Positions 1 to 9,620 of a stretch of 64,000 nucleotides of DNA are shown here, one piece after another; the stretch's first letter is position 1, and each line of letters starts with the position of its first letter. The stretch spans positions 48,250-112,249 of the forward strand of contig DFOH01000041.1 in the NCBI GenBank assembly GCA_002376545.1. Direction: 5' to 3'. Both the position numbers and the translations under genes were made by a program. The notes below the pieces were generated by a model. That model did not search any database, was not told where the DNA came from, and saw nothing but the letters and a program-made list of their open reading frames with translations. This DNA comes from Firmicutes bacterium UBA3546 (GTDB lineage Bacteria; Bacillota; Clostridia; Tissierellales; Proteiniboraceae).

Positions 1-612
1 TGCCTTTAGGAGAGCTAATATTTGCGCCTGAATTGTCACGTCTAAAGCTGTAGTAGGCTCATCACAAACAAGTATTTTGGGCTTGCAAGCTATAGCTATA
101 GCTATGACAACTCTTTGCCTCATACCTCCCGAAAACTCATGGGGGTATTGCTTATATCTTTTTTCAGGATTAGGTATGCCTACATCATGTAAGATTTCAA
201 TTACAGTCTTCTTAGCTTCTTCCTTTTTTAGACCTTGATGAAGCTCTACTGCCTCTTGAACTTGTTTCCCTATGGCTTTAAGAGGATTCAATGAAGTCAT
301 TGGGTCCTGGAATACCATGGCTATTTGTTTACCCCTAATTTTCACCCAATCATCCTCTTTGTCAAATCTAGCTATGTCTTTCCCTCCGTAGATTATGTTT
401 CCACCAGCAATCCAACCATTTGCATCTAGCAGCCCCATGAAAGTTTTAGTAAACACTGATTTTCCTGACCCAGATTCTCCAACTATAGCTAGGCTTTCTC
501 CTTCATAAAGGTCTAGAGAAGCTCCTCTTATTGCGGTCAAAACCTTACCTCTCAGTTTAAACTTAACTACTAGCTCTTTTACTGATAAAATAATTTCCTC
601 ACTGGTCATATT
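1..612 (-). CDS. oppD: Oligopeptide ABC transporter ATP-binding protein, N-terminal part (gene continues beyond window start)
   Basis: Reverse-complement translation from ATG at ~612 gives MTSEEIILSVKELVVKF...GESGSGKSV (Walker A)...FSGGMRQRVVIAIAIACKPKILVCDEPTTALDVTIQ (ABC signature, Walker B/D-loop). It is 13 nt downstream of oppC. Confidence 0.85.
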
Positions 613-624
613 GCCACTCACCCC

Positions 625-1593
625 CTAAACATGATTTCTTGGGTCAGCTGCGTCTGCAAATACGTTGCCCATTACATAGAATGATATAGTAATAATTGAA
701 AGAACTATAGCTGGGAAAATTAATTGATAGCGTAAGGATGGAACCATCATAAGTGCCCTGCCTTCGTTAATCAGATTTCCTAAAGATGGAATACTGACTG
801 GCAGACCAAGTCCTATATAAGTCAGAAAAACCTCGTAGCCTATAGCAGCTGGAATAGCCAGTGCCATTCTAAGCATAATAACTGAAACTAGGTAAGGCAG
901 TAGGTTTTTCGTTATGATTCTTCTAGTTGGTGTACCTAAACATCTGGAGGCTAGATTATATTCTCTATCTCTAATGATTACTATAAGATTTCGTACAAAT
1001 CTTGCCATTCCCAACCATCCTGTCATACACATTGCAAAAATCATAGTAGTTAAGCTAGGTCGCATTATGTATGTTAGGAGTATTAAAATAATAGTTGTTG
1101 GTATATTGTTTATGACATTATAAATTTCAGTAATTGAACGGTCTAGATGCCTTACATATCCCCATAATGCTCCTATTATAATTCCAGCTACTGCCTCCCA
1201 AAGACTGACCACTATACCTATTAGAAGAGAAGTTCTTGTACCACTCCATATACGTGCCCATAAATCCTGACCTATGGAATTAGTTCCGAACCAGAATTCC
1301 CAATCTGGAGGATGATTTCTAAGCTGCATCTTTGTATTTTCATCAATATATATTTTAGTTGGAAGCTTTTGGTTTGGCAAATATGGTTGAATTAATGTGA
1401 AGGTTAGTATTATTGTAATCAATGCTAATAGAAAAACAGCAACTTTTTTCTTGGTAAATACCTGCCAAGTGGAGCGCCAATAAGAATAATTAGAATACCC
1501 TGCACGCTTTGCTGCTTCGTCATCATATTCAGCAAATGCAAATAAGTTTTCTTTTATACTATTTGACAGATTATCGAGTTTTTCTTTACTCAT
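625..1593 (-). CDS. oppC: Oligopeptide ABC transporter permease
   Basis: 322-aa polytopic membrane protein with the characteristic OppC N-terminal extension and an ABC TM1 permease core. Its start overlaps the oppB stop at 1593. Confidence 0.8.
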   Translation of the reverse strand: MSKEKLDNLSNSIKENLFAFAEYDDEAAKRAGYSNYSYWRSTWQVFTKKKVAVFLLALITIILTFTLIQPYLPNQKLPTKIYIDENTKMQLRNHPPDWEFWFGTNSIGQDLWARIWSGTRTSLLIGIVVSLWEAVAGIIIGALWGYVRHLDRSITEIYNVINNIPTTIILILLTYIMRPSLTTMIFAMCMTGWLGMARFVRNLIVIIRDREYNLASRCLGTPTRRIITKNLLPYLVSVIMLRMALAIPAAIGYEVFLTYIGLGLPVSIPSLGNLINEGRALMMVPSLRYQLIFPAIVLSIITISFYVMGNVFADAADPRNHV

Positions 1594-2537
1594 TATCTAG
1601 CGCCTCCTTTTTTCTGCAAATTTATTCGTGGATCAAATGCTGCCATGAGTATATCTCCCAAAAGAAGTCCAATTATGCCTATTGATGAGTATATGAGAAC
1701 TAAAGCCTGAACCAGTGAATTATCTTGTCTTTGTATGGAATCAACTAATAACCCTCCCATACCAGGAATGGAGTATAATGACTCTATATAAATAGAGCCT
1801 GATATGGTAAATAACAGTGATGTGGGTAGGTACTGAGCCATAGGAACAAAGGCGTTACGAAAAACGTGCTTTATCATAATTTTTTTGTCTTTGAGTCCCT
1901 TAGCTCTAGCTAATCTTACATAGTCCTTATTGATTTCATCTACCATATAGCGTCTCATCCACATAGCATAGGATGCCGTACCTCCTAAGGACATAGATAT
2001 GGCTGGCAGAATCCAGCTAACAGGTTTATCGGGATTAAATAGAATCGGCAATTTTAAAATATCTGTAACGTATAGCTGCAAAAACAGATAGTATACTGCT
2101 GCTGGAACTGCATTTATAAATACAATATACCCTGTTCCAAGCTTATCCCATATTTTGCTTTTGCTGCGTGCCATGGCTATTCCTAGAAAAACACCTGCAA
2201 ATAAAGATATTCCCATGGCAGCTAAACCAAAATATAATGAATAAGGAATCTTAGTTTTAAGGATTTCTGAGACTGGTACCTTAGGTCTATATATTATTGA
2301 TGTTCCTAAATCTCCTGATAGAAGCGCTTTGTAAAAGTTACCTAATTGTATATGAAGTGGGTCCCTTAACCCCATACTAGTTAAAATTGCTTCTTTTTGT
2401 GCTTCATCTAGTTTTTCATATCCACTTCCAAAGTATCCTTCCTCTGGCATAAGCCTCATTAGAAGAAATACTACTGTGATAATAATAAGTAGTGTGATTA
2501 AGGATTGAAATAATCTTTTGAGTGAGTACTTTACCAT
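1593..2537 (-). CDS. oppB: Oligopeptide ABC transporter permease
   Basis: 314-aa permease with OppB/DppB-like sequence and EAA-like loop. It lies between oppA and oppC. Confidence 0.8.
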   Translation of the reverse strand: MVKYSLKRLFQSLITLLIIITVVFLLMRLMPEEGYFGSGYEKLDEAQKEAILTSMGLRDPLHIQLGNFYKALLSGDLGTSIIYRPKVPVSEILKTKIPYSLYFGLAAMGISLFAGVFLGIAMARSKSKIWDKLGTGYIVFINAVPAAVYYLFLQLYVTDILKLPILFNPDKPVSWILPAISMSLGGTASYAMWMRRYMVDEINKDYVRLARAKGLKDKKIMIKHVFRNAFVPMAQYLPTSLLFTISGSIYIESLYSIPGMGGLLVDSIQRQDNSLVQALVLIYSSIGIIGLLLGDILMAAFDPRINLQKKGGAR

Positions 2538-2615
2538 ATCCCTCCCCCTTTTTTTGTTGTCTAAAACGCTTTATTTAAATGGCAAGGACTATTAATAGTC
2601 CTTGCCTTATCTTTT

Positions 2616-4508
2616 TTAATGTCCAGCTGCCTTTAATGCCTCAGAACGTTCTTTTTCCCATTGTGCAAGTCCTATAGTAAATTCTTCTGAGTTCATAGGC
2701 TTTGCCATAACCTTCTGACCCTTATATCTTTCTGCAGAAACCCCAAATGGTGAATAAGGTGATTCAAATGGATTTAGTCTAGAAGCTGAATATCCACCAC
2801 CACCCACTGCATAAGGAATTACAAAAGCTTGATCTATAAAGAATGCTTCAGCTTCAGCAAATAAATTATAACGCTTTTCATTATCAAGTACTTCCGCTTT
2901 GGCAGCATCCACCATGTTTTGATACTTAGTGTTTCCATTAGCTTCAACATAACCTTCTGCTAATTCAGGCCAGTTATACGTTCCACCAGGATAGAATGAG
3001 TCTGTATAGGTTTCAGGATCTGCATAGTCTGGTCCCCAGTTACACTCTAAGAATGCATAGTTTCCAGCACGTCTCACCTCTGCTAAGAATCCTGTAGGCG
3101 GTTTTGGCTCTACGATTATGTCTATATAATCTGTTCCCAATAAACCTTCTATCTGCTGTTCTATAACTTGAGCACGATTTGCCCATTCAGTCGAGCCTGT
3201 GTTATAAGGCATTAGAACTTTAATTGGAAAAGTAGCTTTTCCTTTTAGCTCTTCCATTGCCTTATCTCTATATTCCTTTGCTTTACTCTCGTTGAATGAA
3301 TCTGTATTTGCGAAATTAGCTAAGCTTCCAAGCTGTGTATAATCTGTTCCATCTAGGTCAACAAAATTCTTTGGAGTAATAGTATTTGATATTCTCTTTT
3401 CTGGATCATATGGCTCTGCCGTTAGCATAGCTGCTTTTCTATCTAATGAATGGAATAGTGATTTACGGAAGTTTAGATTATTTACTGCTATTTTCCAGTT
3501 TTCTGGTTCATATTCCGCAGGGAATTTTGGATCAAAGTTAAGAGCGTAGAAATAAGTATAGAATCCAGTTCTATTTGGACGTACCATATCTTTCTTTACA
3601 GGGTCCTTCATCCATTCATCAATAATTGATGAAGAAATATCTGCATAATCTATTTCTCCACGCTGTAATAGCTCTGGAGCTAATGTAGCTGCTTCTTTGT
3701 TATAAGTAGATGTGATTTTTTTGATATGAATATTTTCTTTATCCCAATAGTTTTCATTTGCTACTAGGATTCTTCTGGTCTGTGGTTCAAATGTTTCCAT
3801 TATATATGCACCGTTATATAATATAGTAGTATTATCTGTACCAAACCTGTCTCCTACTTCATTTAAATACTGTCCATTAACCGGGAAGAAGCATACATAA
3901 CTAAGCATTGAAAGAAAATATGGAGTAGGCTTTTCTAGGGTATATTCTAATGTGTACTTATCTATAGCTTTTACTCCTACTTCGTTGAAATCTGTAATTT
4001 CCTCATTGTAATATTTTTCAGCGTTTTTAATAACTGAATATGCTATGTTTGCAGTTTGAGATTCATTTTTACTGTCTAAAATATACGCCATAGCATCTAC
4101 AAAATCTTGAGCTACAACTTCCGCATATTCATTTCCATCATAGGTTAACCATTTGACTCCCTCACGAATTTTGAATGTCCAAACTAAACCATCATCGGAT
4201 ACTTTCCACTCAGTCGCTAAACAAGGCTGCGGAACTCCATATCTGTCATAATCAATTAATGTATCCACAAAATTTGCTGCTAATCCAAACTCGCTTGTAG
4301 TTGCAGTTACTAAGTAGTTTATTGTCGATATCTCCCCAGAATAAACTGTTCTGTATTCCTGTACTACGTCTGGAACCTCTTCTACTTTTTCTTCGTCTCC
4401 TATAGTTTCACTCGGCTTTTCGGTATCAGTAGGTGTGTTCTGCTCTCCTTTTGTGCAACCTGCTAGTATCAACAACAGCACTAGCATTAATGCTATTAAT
4501 CTTTTCAT
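2616..4508 (-). CDS. oppA: Oligopeptide-binding lipoprotein (family 5 SBP)
   Basis: 630 aa with lipoprotein signal MKRLIALMLVLLLILAGC and an SBP_bac_5-like body. RBS AGGAGGGGGA precedes the ATG, 18 nt after the upstream decarboxylase stop. Confidence 0.8.
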   Translation of the reverse strand: MKRLIALMLVLLLILAGCTKGEQNTPTDTEKPSETIGDEEKVEEVPDVVQEYRTVYSGEISTINYLVTATTSEFGLAANFVDTLIDYDRYGVPQPCLATEWKVSDDGLVWTFKIREGVKWLTYDGNEYAEVVAQDFVDAMAYILDSKNESQTANIAYSVIKNAEKYYNEEITDFNEVGVKAIDKYTLEYTLEKPTPYFLSMLSYVCFFPVNGQYLNEVGDRFGTDNTTILYNGAYIMETFEPQTRRILVANENYWDKENIHIKKITSTYNKEAATLAPELLQRGEIDYADISSSIIDEWMKDPVKKDMVRPNRTGFYTYFYALNFDPKFPAEYEPENWKIAVNNLNFRKSLFHSLDRKAAMLTAEPYDPEKRISNTITPKNFVDLDGTDYTQLGSLANFANTDSFNESKAKEYRDKAMEELKGKATFPIKVLMPYNTGSTEWANRAQVIEQQIEGLLGTDYIDIIVEPKPPTGFLAEVRRAGNYAFLECNWGPDYADPETYTDSFYPGGTYNWPELAEGYVEANGNTKYQNMVDAAKAEVLDNEKRYNLFAEAEAFFIDQAFVIPYAVGGGGYSASRLNPFESPYSPFGVSAERYKGQKVMAKPMNSEEFTIGLAQWEKERSEALKAAGH

Positions 4509-4526
4509 TGTCCCCCTCCTTTAAAT

Positions 4527-5825
4527 TTAAAATCCTTCAGGTACGATTTCTTTTAAAAGTAGGTCTTCATACGTTTCTCGTTTTACAATTACATACTCCC
4601 TGCCCTTACTTAGCAGCACTACTGCAGGTCTAGGTAATCTATTATAATTACTAGACATAGAGTAGTTGTATGCACCTGTACTTAGAACTGCTAGGATATC
4701 ACCCCTCTCAATTTTAGGTACCATTAAGTCCCATATAAGTATGTCACCTGTTTCACAGCATTTTCCTGCAATAGTCACTAGACTGTTGGGACTGAGATTA
4801 CATTTGTTTGCAACTATTGCACTGTATTTTGCACTATACAAGGCTGGTCTTGGATTGTCAGGCAGCCCACCATCTACGCTTACATAAGTTCTAACTCCAG
4901 GTATATCCTTAATTGTCCCTATTTCATAAAGAGTAACCCCTGCTTCTCCAACTATCCATCTGCCTGGTTCGATTATAATAGTTGGGATATCTAACCTTAG
5001 CTTGTTACAATATGAAATTACCTTTGCCATTATAGCATCTGTGTAGTAGGCAAGCTCCTTGACTTCATCAGCATTGTTATAGTATATTCCAAATCCTCCC
5101 CCAGTGTTAAGTTCTTTTGTAGCAAAACTAAATTCATCATAAAGCCATTTCATTAAGTTCAAAAGTATTTCAATAGCTACTGCATATCCGTCATTATCAT
5201 AGAGATTTGAACCTAAATGAAAATGAAACCCCATAAGCTCAATATTGTCTGACTGAAGGACTTTCAATACAGCTTCATCAATGATTCCTTTTACTAAAGG
5301 AATTCCAAATTTAGAATCCTTTTGTCCTGTTGATATGTACTTATGTGTTTTTCCCTCTACTCCTGGCGATACTCTAATTAGAATCTTCACCTTTTTTTTC
5401 TTTTGGGCTGCTATTTCATGTATCAAATCAATCTCATCAATATTATCAACTATTATTCGTCCTACATTGTTTTCTATAGCCATCTTCAGTTCTTCATAAG
5501 ATTTGTTATTTCCATGAAGCATTATATTTTCGGCAGGAAAGCGAGCCTTTAGAGCAGTATATAATTCTCCTCCTGATACAACATCAAGTAATAAGCCTTC
5601 CCTTTCTATAATTTTGCACATAGTTAGTGTAAGAAAAGCCTTACTCGCATATGCTGCCTTTGTATTTTTATATCTATGCAGAAAATTAGCTTTCAATTCC
5701 CAGCATCTTTGCCTTATTATATCTTCGGAAAGAATATACAATGGAGTACCATATTTTTTTGCCAAGCCTACAGTATCATGCCCTGCAAAAAATAGGTTAG
5801 AATCCTTAAATTCTAGTGTTTTCAT
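4527..5825 (-). CDS. lysA: PLP-dependent fold-type III decarboxylase, diaminopimelate decarboxylase-like
   Basis: 432 aa with motifs AYASKAF (PLP lysine), GGGFGI, EPGR and CETGD. It is the first gene of the opp operon. Confidence 0.65.
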   Translation of the reverse strand: MKTLEFKDSNLFFAGHDTVGLAKKYGTPLYILSEDIIRQRCWELKANFLHRYKNTKAAYASKAFLTLTMCKIIEREGLLLDVVSGGELYTALKARFPAENIMLHGNNKSYEELKMAIENNVGRIIVDNIDEIDLIHEIAAQKKKKVKILIRVSPGVEGKTHKYISTGQKDSKFGIPLVKGIIDEAVLKVLQSDNIELMGFHFHLGSNLYDNDGYAVAIEILLNLMKWLYDEFSFATKELNTGGGFGIYYNNADEVKELAYYTDAIMAKVISYCNKLRLDIPTIIIEPGRWIVGEAGVTLYEIGTIKDIPGVRTYVSVDGGLPDNPRPALYSAKYSAIVANKCNLSPNSLVTIAGKCCETGDILIWDLMVPKIERGDILAVLSTGAYNYSMSSNYNRLPRPAVVLLSKGREYVIVKRETYEDLLLKEIVPEGF

Positions 5826-6170
5826 ATCTGCAACTCCCTTTAATTAATTTCATATCTTGTCCTAAAGCTTATATTTATAAATTATATTAGTGTAATTACA
5901 AATATAGTATTAATACAAAAATTATTCTAAGAAATATCTTTTTGGTTCTTATAAAAATTTATACTAGTTATGATGAGTGAATAGAAGAGTATAAAGATAG
6001 TCGGATAGCTAAAACAAAAAATTAATAGCTCTTAGTCCGTTTTAGGACATCAAGTTCTATTAATCTATATATGTTTTTATATGCATTTTTTTGTTTTTAT
6101 ATTCTTTTATAAGTAATTGTGGCATTAAGAAATTAAGGAAGCTTTTCTTGAATCTCATTTTAGAGCATTC

Positions 6171-6701
6171 CTATTCATTATAAGGAATATTAGTATCGAA
6201 GTTAGCTATTTTGTAAGCTACTTCCTCTAAGTCTTTTCCATTTATATCTGCATTTGCACTTCTTTCTCCTATTTTTGCTGTTTTGCAGCCTGCACTTTTT
6301 CCTGCTTCAACATCAGTTTCCATATCTCCTATCATCCAGCTATTACTTAAGTCAATATCATACTTCTCAGCTAATTCCAATATCATTCCTGGTTTTGGCT
6401 TTCTGCAGTCTGATTCTTTTTTAAAATCAGGACAGTACAATATTTCAGTTATCCTGCAAAATGGCTTTAGCTCAATAAACATCCTTTCATGTATTTTATC
6501 AAGCCTTTCATGGGTCAAATGTCCTCGTTCAATTCCACCTTGATTAGTTACTACAAAAAGCTTATAGCCTGCATTATAAAGAAGCTCTATCCCTTTTTTA
6601 GCTACTTCATATATTATTAAGTCCTCAGGTTTATTGACATGCTTTTTATTGTCATTAATGACACCGTCTCTGTCTAAAAAAATGGCTTTTATTTTAATCA
6701 C
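6171..6701 (-). CDS. HAD-IIIA family phosphatase (GmhB / histidinol-phosphatase-like)
   Basis: 176 aa with FLDRDGVIN (DxDG nucleophile motif), VVTNQ and GDMETD HAD motifs. Confidence 0.7.
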   Translation of the reverse strand: MIKIKAIFLDRDGVINDNKKHVNKPEDLIIYEVAKKGIELLYNAGYKLFVVTNQGGIERGHLTHERLDKIHERMFIELKPFCRITEILYCPDFKKESDCRKPKPGMILELAEKYDIDLSNSWMIGDMETDVEAGKSAGCKTAKIGERSANADINGKDLEEVAYKIANFDTNIPYNE

Positions 6702-6915
6702 CTCTATATCAAATTTTTTTAAAAAATTGAGATATAGGTAAACAAGATTGAAATTGTTTGCCTATATTAACTAATAAATATATTTCCAGTAATGAAATAC
6801 ATTACTTTTTATTATATAATATAGCCAAAGTAAGTTATGTATTATTCTGCTATTTTGGCAAAAGGTTTAAGTACATTTTCTTACACACAATATGACATAA
6901 TAAGGAGATTTTAAA

Positions 6916-7176
6916 ATGGATCATAATTACAAGTTCGTACAAAATTCAAAATGTGAGTACTTCCCTTGTCATAAGGTCAAGGATAATGAAAAATTTAATT
7001 GTTTATTCTGCTACTGTCCTCTTTATATGTTAAAGGATAAATGTGGCGGAAATTTTGTTTATAGTAGCGGCATAAAAGATTGTTCCAAATGCGTTATTCC
7101 CCACAGTTCGGGAGGATATGAATACATAATGGATAAGATGGAACAAGTAATAAGGATAGGAAGTGAAAGAGACTAG
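6916..7176 (+). CDS. Cysteine-rich small domain protein (8 Cys)
   Basis: 86 aa with CEYFPCH, CLFCYCP, KCGG and CSKC Cys clusters. It has its own start after a 214-nt intergenic region. Confidence 0.5.
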   Translation: MDHNYKFVQNSKCEYFPCHKVKDNEKFNCLFCYCPLYMLKDKCGGNFVYSSGIKDCSKCVIPHSSGGYEYIMDKMEQVIRIGSERD

Positions 7177-7191
7177 ACTAAGCTAGTCTCT
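7168..7191. terminator. Bidirectional hairpin terminator shared by convergent genes
   Basis: agagactag-actaag-ctagtctct inverted repeat overlapping both stop codons. Confidence 0.55.
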
Positions 7192-7600
7192 CATTATTTC
7201 TATTCATCCTTTCAGCTACTATATTATCCAATATTTCAGCTGCTTTCATAATTACATCATCACAGCCCTTTTCTTCATTTCTATATTCAGCTTTTAATGG
7301 ACTGCAATCTATGCTTTTCATTTCATCTCTATATCTATTTAAAAACTCACTTGTTATTTCTCTTATTTTACTTTCATGAGCTGTATTTTCTACGAAAAGC
7401 TTGCTTAGTACCATAATTGACGCCGTCAAAGCTCCGCATGTGCTCTCTATACCCATGCCACCACCAAATCCAGCAGCTAGCTTCATGGTTTCCTTTCCTA
7501 GACCGAGATTATAAACTTCATTAGCTCCATATATTATTTTTTCTGCACAATTATATTTTTGTTCTTTTCCATAGTCCTTTAAGAGTAAGCTCTTTAGCAT
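7178..7600 (-). CDS. C_GCAxxG_C_C family putative redox-active protein
   Basis: NCAEKI...GFGGGMG...STCGALTAS motif pattern. ATG at ~7600 (MLKSLL) is preceded by GGAGGG; the track's longer TTG start overlaps that RBS. Confidence 0.6.
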   Translation of the reverse strand: MLKSLLLKDYGKEQKYNCAEKIIYGANEVYNLGLGKETMKLAAGFGGGMGIESTCGALTASIMVLSKLFVENTAHESKIREITSEFLNRYRDEMKSIDCSPLKAEYRNEEKGCDDVIMKAAEILDNIVAERMNRNNERLA

Positions 7601-7799
7601 AAAAATTCCCTCCAAATTATTTTGTCATATAGATATATTATCAGAAAGTTTGCATTACAAGTATGTAAGATTTTCACAATATAAAAATATTTGAACTTAA
7701 TATAACTGTATTTCGAGTGTCTAAATATTTTTATTGAAAATATTATATTTTAACTGTATTATAAGTATATACACAAAATATATATTCTGGGGTGATGTT

Positions 7800-9581
7800 A
7801 TGAACATGAGATGGAGTTTGAAAGAGCTTTGCCCATCCTTTGAATCAGAAGAATTCAATTCTGATATGGATAAACTCTACAAAAAAGCTGATGAATTTAA
7901 GGAATGGACAGAGATAAACTTTAATTCAAAAGAAAATGCAGTAGAAAAGGCAGAGGAATACATAGAGCGTATGTCTGAATTTGTAACTTTATTTTCAAGA
8001 TTATCTTCATTTGCTCATCTTACAGCAAGTGTAGATGCAAAAAATGAAGAAGCACTTAAGGTTTCAGACAGGTTAAGCATTAAATATTCAGAATTGACAA
8101 AAGCTTTTGTAAGCTATCAAAAATGGATTGGTAGCCTTGAAAACCTTAATGAATTATTCAGCTCATCTGATTTGTTAAAAGAGCATGAATTCATAATAAA
8201 AGACGCCGCAAACAATGCAAAATATCTACTTGGCGAAAAAGAAGAAATTATTATTTCTAAGCTGAGAAACACAGGTTCTACGGCTTGGTCTAATCTTCAA
8301 AATATGGTAACTTCAACCCTTCTAGTAGATATAGAATTAAACGACGAGAAGAAACAGCTGCCATTGCCTGCCATAAGAAACTTGGCATATGAAAAAAATC
8401 CTGAAACAAGAAAAACAGCATATTATGCTGAACTAGAATCTTATAAGAAAATCGAACAATCATCAGCAGCTTGCTTAAATGGAATAAAAGGTGAAGTAAT
8501 AGCTACATCTGGACTTAGAGGGTATTCTTCTCCTTTAGAGGAAACACTATTTAAATCTAGAATGGATAAGGAAACTCTTGATGCTATGCTAACTGCTATG
8601 AAAGAGAGTCTACCTGCTTTCCGTAAGTACTTTAGAAAAAAAGCTGAGCTTCTAGGTCATTCTAATGGACTTCCTTTCTATGATATATTTGCTCCAATGG
8701 GTGAGGTAAATATTACATTTACTTATGAAGAGGCTAAAGACTATATTGTTAAGAATTTTAGAAGCTTTAGTAATGAACTTGCAGATTTTGCTGATAATGC
8801 ATTTGCAAAGAACTGGATTGACGCAGAGCCTAGAGAGGGAAAACGTGGCGGAGCTTTTTGTTCAAATCTTCGTCCAATACAGGAAAGCCGCATAATGTCC
8901 AACTTCAATGGAAGCTTTAGCAATATGACTACTTTAGCTCATGAACTAGGTCATGGATATCATGGACACTGCCTAAAAAATCAACCCATTTTAAATTGCA
9001 GCTATCCTATGCCTTTAGCAGAGACTGCCTCTATTTTCTGCGAAACTATAGTTGTTAATGCTGCATTAAAAGAAGCGTCACAAGAAGAAGCCTTTGGAAT
9101 ACTAGAATCTTCTATTTCTGATGCAGGTCAGGTTATTGTAGATATATTGAGCCGTTATATATTTGAAACTAATCTATTTGAAAAGAGAAAAGACAGTGCG
9201 CTATCTGTAAAGGAATTTAAGGAATTAATGATAAATGCACAAAAAGAAGCTTACGGCGATGGATTAGATCCTGAGTACTTACATCCTTATATGTGGATTA
9301 ACAAGACACACTATTATTCTGCTGGAAGAAACTTCTACAACTTCCCATATGCATTTGGACTATTATTTGCCAAGGGAATTTATGCAGAATATCTAAAACG
9401 TGGCAATGACTTTGTTCCTGAATATAATAAGCTTTTAGTAGCTACAGGAAGAAATAATATTGCAGATGTGACTAATATGGTTGGTATAGATGTGCGCTCA
9501 GTAGATTTCTGGAGAAGCTCATTGGAGCTTGTTAAACAGGATATTGAGAAATTTATTGAATTGGCAGATACAATGAAATAG
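7800..9581 (+). CDS. pepF: Oligoendopeptidase F (M3B metallopeptidase)
   Basis: HELGHGYH zinc motif and M3 family length. Start MNMRWS is preceded by GGGGTGA; the track's upstream extension lacks an RBS. Confidence 0.8.
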   Translation: MNMRWSLKELCPSFESEEFNSDMDKLYKKADEFKEWTEINFNSKENAVEKAEEYIERMSEFVTLFSRLSSFAHLTASVDAKNEEALKVSDRLSIKYSELTKAFVSYQKWIGSLENLNELFSSSDLLKEHEFIIKDAANNAKYLLGEKEEIIISKLRNTGSTAWSNLQNMVTSTLLVDIELNDEKKQLPLPAIRNLAYEKNPETRKTAYYAELESYKKIEQSSAACLNGIKGEVIATSGLRGYSSPLEETLFKSRMDKETLDAMLTAMKESLPAFRKYFRKKAELLGHSNGLPFYDIFAPMGEVNITFTYEEAKDYIVKNFRSFSNELADFADNAFAKNWIDAEPREGKRGGAFCSNLRPIQESRIMSNFNGSFSNMTTLAHELGHGYHGHCLKNQPILNCSYPMPLAETASIFCETIVVNAALKEASQEEAFGILESSISDAGQVIVDILSRYIFETNLFEKRKDSALSVKEFKELMINAQKEAYGDGLDPEYLHPYMWINKTHYYSAGRNFYNFPYAFGLLFAKGIYAEYLKRGNDFVPEYNKLLVATGRNNIADVTNMVGIDVRSVDFWRSSLELVKQDIEKFIELADTMK

Positions 9582-9582
9582 T

Positions 9583-9620
9583 AAATTCCCCTGCCTTGTA
9601 AAATAAGGTGGGGAATTTTT
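9583..9620. terminator. Rho-independent terminator (bidirectional)
   Basis: aaattcccc...ggggaattttttaagcttttt hairpin between the convergent pepF and GGDEF genes. Confidence 0.65.

Noticed and set aside
5826-6170. Expected lysine (L-box) riboswitch upstream of the lysA-like gene
   Set aside because: The leader is uniformly AT-rich and lacks the conserved G-rich helices of the L-box. I could not find it by eye, though a covariance-model scan would be decisive.
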